From an uncultured Candidatus Poseidoniales archaeon (lineage in GTDB: Archaea > Thermoplasmatota > Poseidoniia > Poseidoniales > Thalassarchaeaceae), in the NCBI GenBank assembly GCA_963999385.1, contig CAXEUS010000233.1, positions 1-35,770 of the forward strand: a stretch of 35,770 nucleotides of DNA. The letters are read 5' to 3'. Each line of letters begins with the position of its first letter. Position 1 is the stretch's first letter. Below, one piece after another: positions 25,012 through 33,013 of this stretch. The notes under the pieces were generated by a model that did not search any database, was not told where the DNA came from, and saw nothing but the letters and a program-made list of their open reading frames with translations. Both the position numbers and the translations under genes were made by a program.

Positions 25012-26796
25012 ATGGAACGCATAGTCAACGACTTCACCATCAACATCGCCACGGCGAATGGGACAGGGTCCCAGAGCGCCAATCTTATTCTACTGCAGAC
25101 TATGTTTGAAATGGGCGTCCCAGTCAGTGGCAAGAATCTCTTCCCAAGCAACATCTCCGGCCTGCCGACATGGTACATCGTCAGGGTCTCGGACGACGGA
25201 TACCAAGCCCCTGGAGATCGCACCCACATCCAGATTCTGATGAACAAGGCCACCTGGGAGGGTGACCTCGAAGTGCTGGAACCGGGAACGGTCGTGATTT
25301 ACAATTCCGACGTGAAAATGCCCGTGGAGCGTGACGACCTGATTCTCTATCCTATTCCAATGACAAAGATTGCTCGAGGATTGAATCCAAAGTTGGCGCG
25401 CATGATTTCCAACATCGTCTACGTCGGTGCGCTCGCTCAGGTTCTAGAACTGGACCAAGGGAAAGTGGAGGCGGCCGTGGCGAAGCAGTTCGGTGGCAAG
25501 CAGAGGGCAATAGACCTGAATCTGGAGGCGGCACAGTTGGGACGTCAATACGTTGCTGAAGAAATAGAAGTCTCTGACCCCTATGTAGTCGAGGCGCGGG
25601 AGAGGAATCCTGACGCATTTCTCATCGAAGGCAACGAAGCGGTCGCCCTCGGATCCATCTTCGGCGGTGTTGGACTGCTCTCATGGTATCCAATCACCCC
25701 TTCATCATCGCTCGCTGAGGAGGTGATTGCTCATTTGCCGAACCTCAGGGTTGACGCTGATGGCAAATCCACCTGCGCCGTCATTCAGGCTGAGGACGAA
25801 TTGGCGGCAGCGGGAATGATTGTCGGAGCTGGTTGGGCTGGAATTCGAGCGATGACCTGCACCAGTGGTCCGGGAATCTCTCTGATGTCAGAGTTCATCG
25901 GACTCTCATACTACGCTGAAGTGCCGACGGTCATCTGGGACATCAACCGAGTTGGACCATCCACAGGTTTGCCAACGCGCACCCAGCAAGGAGACCTCTC
26001 ATTGGTCTACGAGGCAGGCCACGGTGACACTCAGCACATCGTACTCATCCCGGGAACCGCCGAGGAGTGCTTCGAGTTCGCCTGGCGGGCGTTCGACTAT
26101 GCTGAGCGCTACCAGACGACTGTGTTCGGATTCAGTGACTTGGACCTGGGTATGAACCGCTGGGTCTGCAACGGATTTGATTACCCAGATTCGATGGACC
26201 GCGGCAAGGTCATCCGTTCTCAGAAGGCTCTGGATGCGGTACCCGAGTACGGCCGCTACCGCGATATCGACGGCGATGGGATTCCGTACCGGACCCTTCC
26301 GGGTTCCGGACTCGAACCGATTCTGAACCGCGGCACCGGTCACGACGAAGATGGTGTCTACTCTGAGAAACCGGATGTCTATGCTGCCAACATGCAACGC
26401 CTGAGGCGCAAGATTGACGGATCGAGAGACCATCTCCCAGCACCCGTTCTCAGAGAGGAAAAGGAACTGGAGGTGGGTATCATCTTCTACGGCTCAATGG
26501 AGAATTCGATTCAAGAGATTGACGACATACTGGAGAATACCGGACTCAAGGTGAGTCAATGCCGTGTACGCGCGCTACCGCTTCATTCGCACATCGAAGA
26601 GTTCGTCGACCGCCACGAGACTGTCATCGTGCTGGAGATCAACCGAGACGGCCAGATGTATGGTATTCTGCGCAAGGAACTGCCCATCAAACTGGTTCCG
26701 AAGGTGCACTCCGTTTCCTTCTCTGATGGTATACCCCCGCGTGCGCGAGAATATGCCGATCGTATCTTGGAAGTGCTTGAGGAGGTGCACAAATGA
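25012..26796 (+). CDS. korA: 2-oxoacid (2-oxoglutarate-type):ferredoxin oxidoreductase, fused gamma-alpha subunit
   Basis: The N-terminal gamma-like domain (NIATANGTGSQSANLILLQTMFEMGVPVSGKNLFPSNISG) is followed by the alpha domain (IEGNEAVALGSIFGGVGLLSWYPITPSSSLAEE, SGPGISLMSEFIGLSYYAEVPTVIWDINRVGPSTGLPTRTQQGD). The track start at 25003 is a TTG. ATG 25012 is likely. An ATGA overlap joins it to the next gene. Confidence 0.9.
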   Translation: MERIVNDFTINIATANGTGSQSANLILLQTMFEMGVPVSGKNLFPSNISGLPTWYIVRVSDDGYQAPGDRTHIQILMNKATWEGDLEVLEPGTVVIYNSDVKMPVERDDLILYPIPMTKIARGLNPKLARMISNIVYVGALAQVLELDQGKVEAAVAKQFGGKQRAIDLNLEAAQLGRQYVAEEIEVSDPYVVEARERNPDAFLIEGNEAVALGSIFGGVGLLSWYPITPSSSLAEEVIAHLPNLRVDADGKSTCAVIQAEDELAAAGMIVGAGWAGIRAMTCTSGPGISLMSEFIGLSYYAEVPTVIWDINRVGPSTGLPTRTQQGDLSLVYEAGHGDTQHIVLIPGTAEECFEFAWRAFDYAERYQTTVFGFSDLDLGMNRWVCNGFDYPDSMDRGKVIRSQKALDAVPEYGRYRDIDGDGIPYRTLPGSGLEPILNRGTGHDEDGVYSEKPDVYAANMQRLRRKIDGSRDHLPAPVLREEKELEVGIIFYGSMENSIQEIDDILENTGLKVSQCRVRALPLHSHIEEFVDRHETVIVLEINRDGQMYGILRKELPIKLVPKVHSVSFSDGIPPRAREYADRILEVLEEVHK

Positions 26797-27821
26797 CAAT
26801 CAAACTGAACATCATAGAATTGCCCAAATCTGAATATCAGGGTAAGCCTTCCTCGCTCTGTCCTGGCTGTGGTCATGACCAGATATCCACTGTCATCATC
26901 AATGCGGCTTGGGAGAATGGAATCCCACCTGAGAAGATTGCCAAGATGAGTGGAATCGGCTGTTCCTCCAAGACTCCCGCCTACTTCCTTGGTCAGTCGC
27001 ACGGCTTCAATACCCTGCACGGCAGGATGCCCTCTGTCACCACTGGTGCGTGCATGGCGAACAAGGATCTCTGCTACATCTCCGTTTCAGGTGATGGGGA
27101 CACCGCCAGCATTGGCATGGGACAATTCGTGCACGCTATTCGACGCAATCTGAACATGGTCTACATCATCGAGAACAACGGTGTATATGGCCTCACCAAG
27201 GGGCAGTATTCGGCGACCGTGGAGAAGGGCAGCCGCAAACGCAAGAGCGAGGAGAACCACCAGAATCCAATCGACCTGTGCGCCATGGCCATCAATCTCG
27301 GGTGCTCGTTCGTGGCTCGTTCGTTCTCCGGCTCAAAGAAGCAGTTGACGGCGCTCATCAAGGCTGCCATGAGCCACCACGGCATCGCCGTCATCGACGT
27401 CATCAGTCCATGTGTCACCTTCGCCAACAATGACGAGTTCTTCCGCTCCTACGGATATGTCAAGGAGAACGAGACGGAGTTGCACTCCCCCGATTACATC
27501 CCGCACCACACGCCTGTCGAGGAGGTAGACATCCCCGCTGGAGAATACCAGGACATCGAGTTGTTCGACGGCGCCAAACTGCGACTTGAGACGGTCGGAG
27601 ACGAACATGATCCATCAGACCCGGTCGCCGCGTTGGCGTCAATTCACAAGGCAGAGATGGAAAAGAAGCACGTTACTGGATTGCTCTACTTCGATGCAGA
27701 GCAGGCGACTCTGGATGAGGAGTTGCGACTCTCTGATACGCCACTGGTCAATCTGAGCGACGATGAGATGCGACCGAGCGAGCAGGCGCTCGCTGACCTG
27801 CTCGCTGAGTTCCGCTCGTGA
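26793..27821 (+). CDS. korB: 2-oxoacid:ferredoxin oxidoreductase, beta (TPP-binding) subunit
   Basis: CPGCGH motif near the N-terminus. TPP/Mg site: VSGDGDTASIGMGQFVHAIRRNLNMVYIIENNGVYGLTKGQYSAT. There is a 4-nt start/stop overlap with korA (ATGA at 26793-26796), which suggests translational coupling. Confidence 0.9.
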   Translation: MTIKLNIIELPKSEYQGKPSSLCPGCGHDQISTVIINAAWENGIPPEKIAKMSGIGCSSKTPAYFLGQSHGFNTLHGRMPSVTTGACMANKDLCYISVSGDGDTASIGMGQFVHAIRRNLNMVYIIENNGVYGLTKGQYSATVEKGSRKRKSEENHQNPIDLCAMAINLGCSFVARSFSGSKKQLTALIKAAMSHHGIAVIDVISPCVTFANNDEFFRSYGYVKENETELHSPDYIPHHTPVEEVDIPAGEYQDIELFDGAKLRLETVGDEHDPSDPVAALASIHKAEMEKKHVTGLLYFDAEQATLDEELRLSDTPLVNLSDDEMRPSEQALADLLAEFRS

Positions 27822-27862
27822 ACTCCGAAGCGCATATGGGGCGCGGCCGAAAGGGCCGGGTC

Positions 27863-28714
27863 ATGCATGGACCGACGCTCACCATCGGCCATCGCACCCC
27901 TTCTGGAGAAATGACGCACACCTGCGAGGTGCCGCAGTTCGGCCTAGGGGTGTTCCTGATGAAAGAGCCGGGGGTGTGCAGACAGGCTTGCCTGTGGGCG
28001 CTTGAGACCGGATACAGGCACATTGACACAGCGAAGGTCTACGAGAATGAAGAGGGTGTAGGAGAGGCGCTAGCAGAGTGCGGAATCGAGCGCTCCGAGG
28101 TGTTCGTGACCACCAAGTTGCGCAGTCTGGATGCAACGAGTTACGACGCAGTGCTCGAACACTGTCAGGCGAGTCTTGAGCGACTCGGAATAGAGCAGGT
28201 CGACCTCTATCTGGTCCACGCTCCACCGCCCGACATCGATTGTCGTGCTGAGGTCTGGCGCGGTATGGAAACCTGTCTGGATAATGGCTGGACCAGAGCG
28301 ATAGGAGTCTCGAACTACGGCCGGAATCACCTCGATGCTCTGATGCAGAACGCACGCTACGGACCATCGGTGAATCAGGTGGAGATTCATCCCTGGCTGC
28401 AGCGACCTGACCTGATTGCCGCCACACTGGAAGTAGGTGCGGTTCCGATGGCTTACTCACCGCTTGCACGCGGACACAAGGTCGACGACCCGAAGTTGGC
28501 TGAGATCGCTGGTGCAATCGGTTGCACTCCTGCACAGGCGGCGCTCAAATGGTGCATGGACCGCGGCTACATCACCATCCCGAAGTCGAGCAACGAGAAT
28601 CGCATTGCAGAGAATCTAGCAGCGCTGGACGTGGACATAGAAGACCAACGTGATGCGCTGGATTCCCTCGAAGAGAATTACATTTCAGGGTGGGACCCGA
28701 CCACCGAGCCGTGA
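27863..28714 (+). CDS. Aldo-keto reductase (DkgA / 2,5-diketo-D-gluconate reductase-like)
   Basis: FGLGVF, ETGYRHIDTAKVYENEEGVGEAL, VFVTTKL, DLYLVHAP, IGVSNY, NQVEIHPWLQ, AYSPLARG, IPKSSNENRIAENL. The maximal ORF starts at GTG 27818, overlapping the korB stop. ATG 27863 (MHGPTLTI...) aligns best with the usual M-x-x-PT-[VL] start of this family, and 27911 is also possible. Confidence 0.85.
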   Translation: MHGPTLTIGHRTPSGEMTHTCEVPQFGLGVFLMKEPGVCRQACLWALETGYRHIDTAKVYENEEGVGEALAECGIERSEVFVTTKLRSLDATSYDAVLEHCQASLERLGIEQVDLYLVHAPPPDIDCRAEVWRGMETCLDNGWTRAIGVSNYGRNHLDALMQNARYGPSVNQVEIHPWLQRPDLIAATLEVGAVPMAYSPLARGHKVDDPKLAEIAGAIGCTPAQAALKWCMDRGYITIPKSSNENRIAENLAALDVDIEDQRDALDSLEENYISGWDPTTEP

Positions 28715-28719
28715 GAGGT

Positions 28720-28791
28720 AGTCCCTCCCGGATTCGAACCAGGGTCGGAGGCTCCAGAGGCCTCCATGATGGACCGCTACACTAAGGGACT
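28720..28791 (-). tRNA. tRNA-Gln: tRNA-Gln (anticodon CUG), archaeal type
   Basis: Minus-strand sequence: AGTCCCT TA GTGT AGCGGTCCA TCAT G GAGGC CTCTGGA GCCTC CGAC CCTGG TTCGAAT CCGGG AGGGACT A. It folds by hand into a cloverleaf. The acceptor stem has 7 bp with A1-U72. The D stem has 3 bp plus a U-U mismatch. The anticodon stem has 5 bp with loop C-U-CUG-G-A. The T stem has 5 bp with a GTTCGAATC loop, and the discriminator is A. CCA is not encoded (the sequence continues CCT). The 3' end lies 5 nt from the AKR stop codon, in convergent orientation. Confidence 0.85.
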
Positions 28792-28812
28792 GTGAGCAAG
28801 CCGAATCAGCGC

Positions 28813-28821
28813 CATTATTTC
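28813..28821 (-). promoter_or_regulatory. Candidate archaeal TATA box for tRNA-Gln
   Basis: The minus strand reads GTTGAAATAATGG followed by 22 nt to tRNA position +1. This puts the A/T box about 27 nt upstream, which is the canonical archaeal TATA-to-start distance. It is the only A/T-rich octamer in the upstream 60 nt. Confidence 0.4.
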
Positions 28822-29042
28822 AACGCCACCCCACAACATGCGGAAGGCGTACTTGGACACCCAGCCTAGCATGAGCAGCGTCATGAACCAAGCGAGCGAT
28901 GTGCGAGCGATGCGCCCGTTGCGTTCCTTACGGTGCCGATCCCGTTCCTCTTCTGCAATCAGCGGAGCGAGCGGGTCAGCGCGGCTCATGCTAAGCCGGA
29001 GCGGGCGACAGGCTTCAAGCGGTGCGCAGTGTGGGCGACGAC

Positions 29043-30578
29043 ATGAGCGAGGCACCGGTTGGCTATGAGCTGCCGCGGATTCCACCCGCGCAGCCCAAAC
29101 CGTCCGTGTCAGCGGTAATCACCCGAGATGGAGAGAAGGGTGTCGAGCTGCTGCTGTGTCATCGCGTAGCAGAGATGCCCTCGTTCCCTGACTTCTGGTC
29201 GTTTCCCGGTGGAGGAATCAAGGAATGCGACCGGGCGGCTGCGGATGCGATGCAGCAGTTGTCTGGTGAGGAAGGTGCGGCACTTGCGGGCCTTATGCGC
29301 GAGCTCGTGGAGGAAATCGGGCTGGCACCCTCTGGCCGCGGATTGGTGGCAGTAGATGAGCCGGTGAGAGATGGCGTTCTTGCTGACGCCGATACCTGGC
29401 TATCTATGGTGGAAGACGGCGCCCTACCGAGTAACCAGGATGGATTCTCACTCATCACTCGCCGCACGACTCCGCCCTTGGCTCCAATGCGCTTCGACAA
29501 CCGATTCTACCACCTGCACGGTGGTGCGAGCCCCCCTGATCCAATCCTTCCTTCCGAGCGAAGTGAGTTCGATGCCATCCGCTGGCTCCGCCCCACAGAC
29601 GCACTCGCAGCATGGATGTCCTGCGACATGCGCATACCACCCCCACAGATCACACTGCTACGTGATTTAGCCACCGGGCTGTCAGAACATGCTGAAGATA
29701 TGCAAGCAGTTGCTGACTCACTTTCATCTGAACTCCCGACTGGAGAGCATCTGATTGAGTTCGCTCCCGGGGTCGAATGCGTTCCCCTTGAGACGCAGAC
29801 GCTGCCGCCGGCAACGCACACCAACTGCTACATCCTAGGAGAACGAGGTGGGGAACACATCGTGGTTGACCCAGCCGCGAAGGATTCGGCTGGGTTGGCA
29901 TATCTAGAGCGGCGCGTGCGCTCGGCAGAGGAAGCGGGAGGACGCATCGTGGCGACCGTGTTCACGCATCGCCACCCGGACCACATCGGTGACCTAGGTG
30001 GGATAGCAACCATCTATAGAGCGCCAATATGGGCGTCTGCTGAAACTCACGAGGTCATACCTGAATGTGAGACAGATTCGCTACTTTCTGACGATGATGA
30101 ACTGGTTTTGAATGGCCCTTCGGGTTCTGTTTCATGGAGGGTGCTGGCCACCCCTGGGCACTGCCCCGGACACATCGCTCTAGCATCTGAAGTCGGGGTT
30201 GTCTCAGGAGATCTTGCTGTAGTCGTCGGAACAATTCTCGTGCCTTCCACTGATGGTGATATGGATGATTATCTCGCCAGCCTTGAGCGTGTTCGCAATC
30301 TCTCTCCACCGATGCTCTTCCCAGCACATGGACCCCTCTCACCCACACCGGAGAAACTTCTGGACCACTACCTCTCGCACCGGAGAGCAAGGCATCTACG
30401 AGTACTAGAGGCGGTGAATTCCGGGTTGACAACACTGGCTGAAATCTCTGAGTCAGCGTATGCTGACACTCTGGAGTCCCACCCTATACTGAAACTGGAC
30501 CAAACTCTGTCGCATCTGCATTCTCATGAGAGAGCGGGGTCCATCCAGAAGAACGAATCTGGTTGGCAATCAGCGTAA
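29043..30578 (+). CDS. Nudix hydrolase fused to an MBL-fold (LACTB2-like) hydrolase with a C-terminal winged-helix extension
   Basis: The N-terminal half has a Nudix-like signature, FPGGGIKECD...(insert)...LMRELVEEIGL. The C-terminal half has MBL motifs: VFTHRHPDHIGD (HxHxDH), ATPGHCPGHIAL, SGDLAV, FPAHGP. The tail HYLSHRRARHLRVLEAVNSGLTTLAEISESAY resembles the winged helix that follows LACTB2-type MBL domains. The track start is GTG 29022, and ATG 29043 (MSEAPVGYE) is likely. Confidence 0.8.
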   Translation: MSEAPVGYELPRIPPAQPKPSVSAVITRDGEKGVELLLCHRVAEMPSFPDFWSFPGGGIKECDRAAADAMQQLSGEEGAALAGLMRELVEEIGLAPSGRGLVAVDEPVRDGVLADADTWLSMVEDGALPSNQDGFSLITRRTTPPLAPMRFDNRFYHLHGGASPPDPILPSERSEFDAIRWLRPTDALAAWMSCDMRIPPPQITLLRDLATGLSEHAEDMQAVADSLSSELPTGEHLIEFAPGVECVPLETQTLPPATHTNCYILGERGGEHIVVDPAAKDSAGLAYLERRVRSAEEAGGRIVATVFTHRHPDHIGDLGGIATIYRAPIWASAETHEVIPECETDSLLSDDDELVLNGPSGSVSWRVLATPGHCPGHIALASEVGVVSGDLAVVVGTILVPSTDGDMDDYLASLERVRNLSPPMLFPAHGPLSPTPEKLLDHYLSHRRARHLRVLEAVNSGLTTLAEISESAYADTLESHPILKLDQTLSHLHSHERAGSIQKNESGWQSA

Positions 30579-30645
30579 TAGAAGAAGTTGCAAGGGCATA
30601 GTTCTGAGCAAGGCTTGATTGACGGCACTCTCGGAGGGACGACAG

Positions 30646-31491
30646 ATGGAAGACCCGTTGGGCGAGGTAGCCGCCACTTTCGAGGTGCGCCACGTATCGG
30701 CCGCGGACGGCTGGAGATTGCGCACATTCAGTTGGACGCCAACTGATTCTGGAGCGGCTCAACGCAGGCCTGTAGTAGTCGTAGCCGGTTGGACATCGGT
30801 GGTCGAAGGATGGAAGCCATTGTTGTTGAAATGGGTTGAACAACGGCCAATCCACTATATCGAGACACGAGAGAAGAATCGAACTGAATCACCTGCAGGA
30901 CATCGTCAGCGACCTATCGACTTCGAGATGGAGAAGCACTGCCGTGATCTAGCGACTGCCGTGCACGGACTCGGACTAGATGCCGGAGATTGCGACTGGT
31001 TCGGCTCATCACTAGGGTCAACAGCCATACTGCACGGATTCAAAGAAGGGATACTCGAGGGGAGGTCGGCCTTCCTTGTGGCCCCAAATGGTGAGTTCAA
31101 GTTCCCTGGTTGGGCAATCCCGTTCACCTGGCTTCCATGGTGGTTCTACTGGCCCGGTATCCGCTTGCTAGTGATACCCTATCTCAAAATCCGGATTAAG
31201 GAGAAGGAGCAGTACATCCGCTACCGTCGAGCAGTTCTCAGTGCAGACCTCAAGCGGCTGAAACTTTCGACGAAGACGAATCTGGGGTATACAATCTGGG
31301 ATGGACTGGAGCGTGTTGACGTCCCATGCGCCATCTGTGTCGCCTCCTCAGATACCCTGCACGGTTCGGGTGAAGCTGAACGAATCGCAGACACCCTCTC
31401 CAGAGGGGAAATAATTGAAGTCCCGAGTAACCAGTTTGCCCATGAGGCGGACGTGATTCCTGTAATCGAATCTTGGCAGCAGACAGCATGA
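30646..31491 (+). CDS. Alpha/beta-fold hydrolase
   Basis: VVVVAGWTS (oxyanion region), nucleophile elbow FGSSLGS, and a late His in NQFAHEADV. The track start is TTG 30619. ATG 30646 has a GGAGGG element ending 8 nt upstream. Confidence 0.75.
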   Translation: MEDPLGEVAATFEVRHVSAADGWRLRTFSWTPTDSGAAQRRPVVVVAGWTSVVEGWKPLLLKWVEQRPIHYIETREKNRTESPAGHRQRPIDFEMEKHCRDLATAVHGLGLDAGDCDWFGSSLGSTAILHGFKEGILEGRSAFLVAPNGEFKFPGWAIPFTWLPWWFYWPGIRLLVIPYLKIRIKEKEQYIRYRRAVLSADLKRLKLSTKTNLGYTIWDGLERVDVPCAICVASSDTLHGSGEAERIADTLSRGEIIEVPSNQFAHEADVIPVIESWQQTA

Positions 31492-31516
31492 TGAGTGAAT
31501 CTCAGGAGGCAAGCAG

Positions 31517-33013
31517 ATGGATGCGGAATCAGAACCACCCGTGAGTGAAGAGCAAGCCGAACTCGAAATGCCCAGATACTTCCTTTGGAGATTCCCAGAT
31601 TCAATCTGGAGGTGGTGTCTATTCATCCCAGCAATGTGCCTTCTGGGGTACGGACTAATCTGGTCCTTGTACAACATGGATAGTGATTCACTCGCTGTTG
31701 CTGTTATCGGTGCGCTAGTCGCCTCTATCGCAACCCCCGGGTCGCTCTCTGATTCGATAAAAAAAGCAGCAGGTGGAGACATTAGTGGGGATGTATGGAA
31801 TGTCGAACCAATTCCGCCGATGAATTCTGAAGATTGGCATCTCGACCGCAAGTTCTGGGATGAGGATGAGGAATGTTGGATCCCCAACCCTCTCGCACGC
31901 TATGAGCAGGATGGACCAAGGGTGAGTGTTGAACAAGATGGAGAATCTTGGGTGGTTCAAGTAGAGGGGAAAGACCCGATAACTGTGGAATCGGCTGAGG
32001 AAGCTGACAAGTTGATGATGGAAGAAATCAAAGATGCTGATTCTGATGATGCTCAAGAACTGGTCTTCAGTGAACACCCGCGACACAACAGATTCCGTGC
32101 GATGTACAACGCAACCCCTCCTCTGTTTTCGACTCAATTCCTCTGGCAGGCCATTGCCATCATGATACTCTTCTCGATGTGGTTGGCTACACCAAAGGAA
32201 ATACGGAATTCGATGACTCTTGAACTGACTGGAATCATGGTTTTTGGCTTCGTTATTCTGGTTGTCAGTCACCATCTGAACAAGAAGGCCCTAGAGGCGT
32301 GGGATACTGTCACTTCGATTGTCAAGTATCTCGATGCGGGGCATAACGAATTGGTAGGTCAAGTCAGACCTGCAGATTTCACACCGATTGATGTTGTACA
32401 TGTCGACGGATATCGGGACAAATCATGGACATTCCATGACCTCGTTGCTTGGAGATGGGATTACACACCAACCGTTTGCTGGAAGGAAACATACGTCGAT
32501 AGTAAAGGGAATGTGCGAACTCGTACTGTGTGTAGATCAGAGACAATACGTGCTGATGCACATGTACGTGATTTCCTCTTGCACGATGGTAGTGGAGGAG
32601 TTACAGTAGATCTAGGGTCTTTCGAAGATGTTTCCTACGGAAATAATCTGATGGATGAAACTAAGCCTGGAAAACAGGGCGGCAATCCCCTGCATGACCC
32701 GGGCTCAGGAAAGTGGATTCGGAATCATGCCTGGAGTCTGAGTGGCCTAAGACTAGGGGAACCGGTCTATGCGATGGCACGGATAAAGGACATTACCAAC
32801 AAGGAGAACCTGAGAGGAATGGTATCTGAAAATTCTACCAGACTCCATCACAATCTGGTCGCCATGGGAGAAGACGCCCCGCGGAGACACGCCAAGGTTC
32901 GCAAGGGAAGCGAACTATCTCTGCTGAAAGCACGGAGGTCTAGTGTTGACGTGATGGGCTTCGGAACTCTCTTGATTCTCAGTCACCTGATCATCATGTC
33001 AATGTCAATCTAA
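31517..33013 (+). CDS. Polytopic membrane protein with a GIDE-like (PF12483-type) domain
   Basis: AGGAGG ends 8 nt upstream of the ATG. Predicted TM helices: WRWCLFIPAMCLLGYGLIWSLY, LAVAVIGALVASIA, FLWQAIAIMILFSMWLA, LTGIMVFGFVILVVSH, and a C-terminal VMGFGTLLILSHLIIMSMSI. The domain between the last two TM helices has the pattern I associate with GIDE proteins: NELVGQVRP, LVAWRWDY, VRDFLLHDGSGGVTVDL, LRLGEPVYAMARI. The family call is from memory. Confidence 0.55.
   Translation: MDAESEPPVSEEQAELEMPRYFLWRFPDSIWRWCLFIPAMCLLGYGLIWSLYNMDSDSLAVAVIGALVASIATPGSLSDSIKKAAGGDISGDVWNVEPIPPMNSEDWHLDRKFWDEDEECWIPNPLARYEQDGPRVSVEQDGESWVVQVEGKDPITVESAEEADKLMMEEIKDADSDDAQELVFSEHPRHNRFRAMYNATPPLFSTQFLWQAIAIMILFSMWLATPKEIRNSMTLELTGIMVFGFVILVVSHHLNKKALEAWDTVTSIVKYLDAGHNELVGQVRPADFTPIDVVHVDGYRDKSWTFHDLVAWRWDYTPTVCWKETYVDSKGNVRTRTVCRSETIRADAHVRDFLLHDGSGGVTVDLGSFEDVSYGNNLMDETKPGKQGGNPLHDPGSGKWIRNHAWSLSGLRLGEPVYAMARIKDITNKENLRGMVSENSTRLHHNLVAMGEDAPRRHAKVRKGSELSLLKARRSSVDVMGFGTLLILSHLIIMSMSI

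Noticed and set aside
27879-28535. A 218-aa minus-strand ORF lies inside the aldo-keto reductase gene. Similar ORFs occur at 25999..26433 inside korA and at 31348..31887 and 31715..32275 inside or around the GIDE-like gene.
   Set aside because: They are antisense to genes with clear family signatures. The translations are Arg/Ser/Pro-rich and carry no motifs.
28777-29085. A 102-codon minus-strand ORF (70 codons from ATG 28989) has one hydrophobic stretch and could be a small membrane protein.
   Set aside because: Its last 15 nt overlap the 5' end of tRNA-Gln on the same strand, and the tRNA's TATA-like box lies inside it. Its 5' part overlaps the Nudix-MBL start region. A real micro-protein cannot be excluded, but the tRNA and its promoter explain the sequence better.
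31489-31497. A near-direct repeat, TGATGAGTG (31489..31497) and TGATGAAGTG (33818..33827), lies at both borders of the low-GC GIDE-like/LemA cassette. These could be insertion target duplications.
   Set aside because: The repeat is 9-10 nt with an indel. The left copy is simply the stop-codon region of the hydrolase gene. My estimated chance probability is on the order of 0.1. I see no integrase or transposase nearby.
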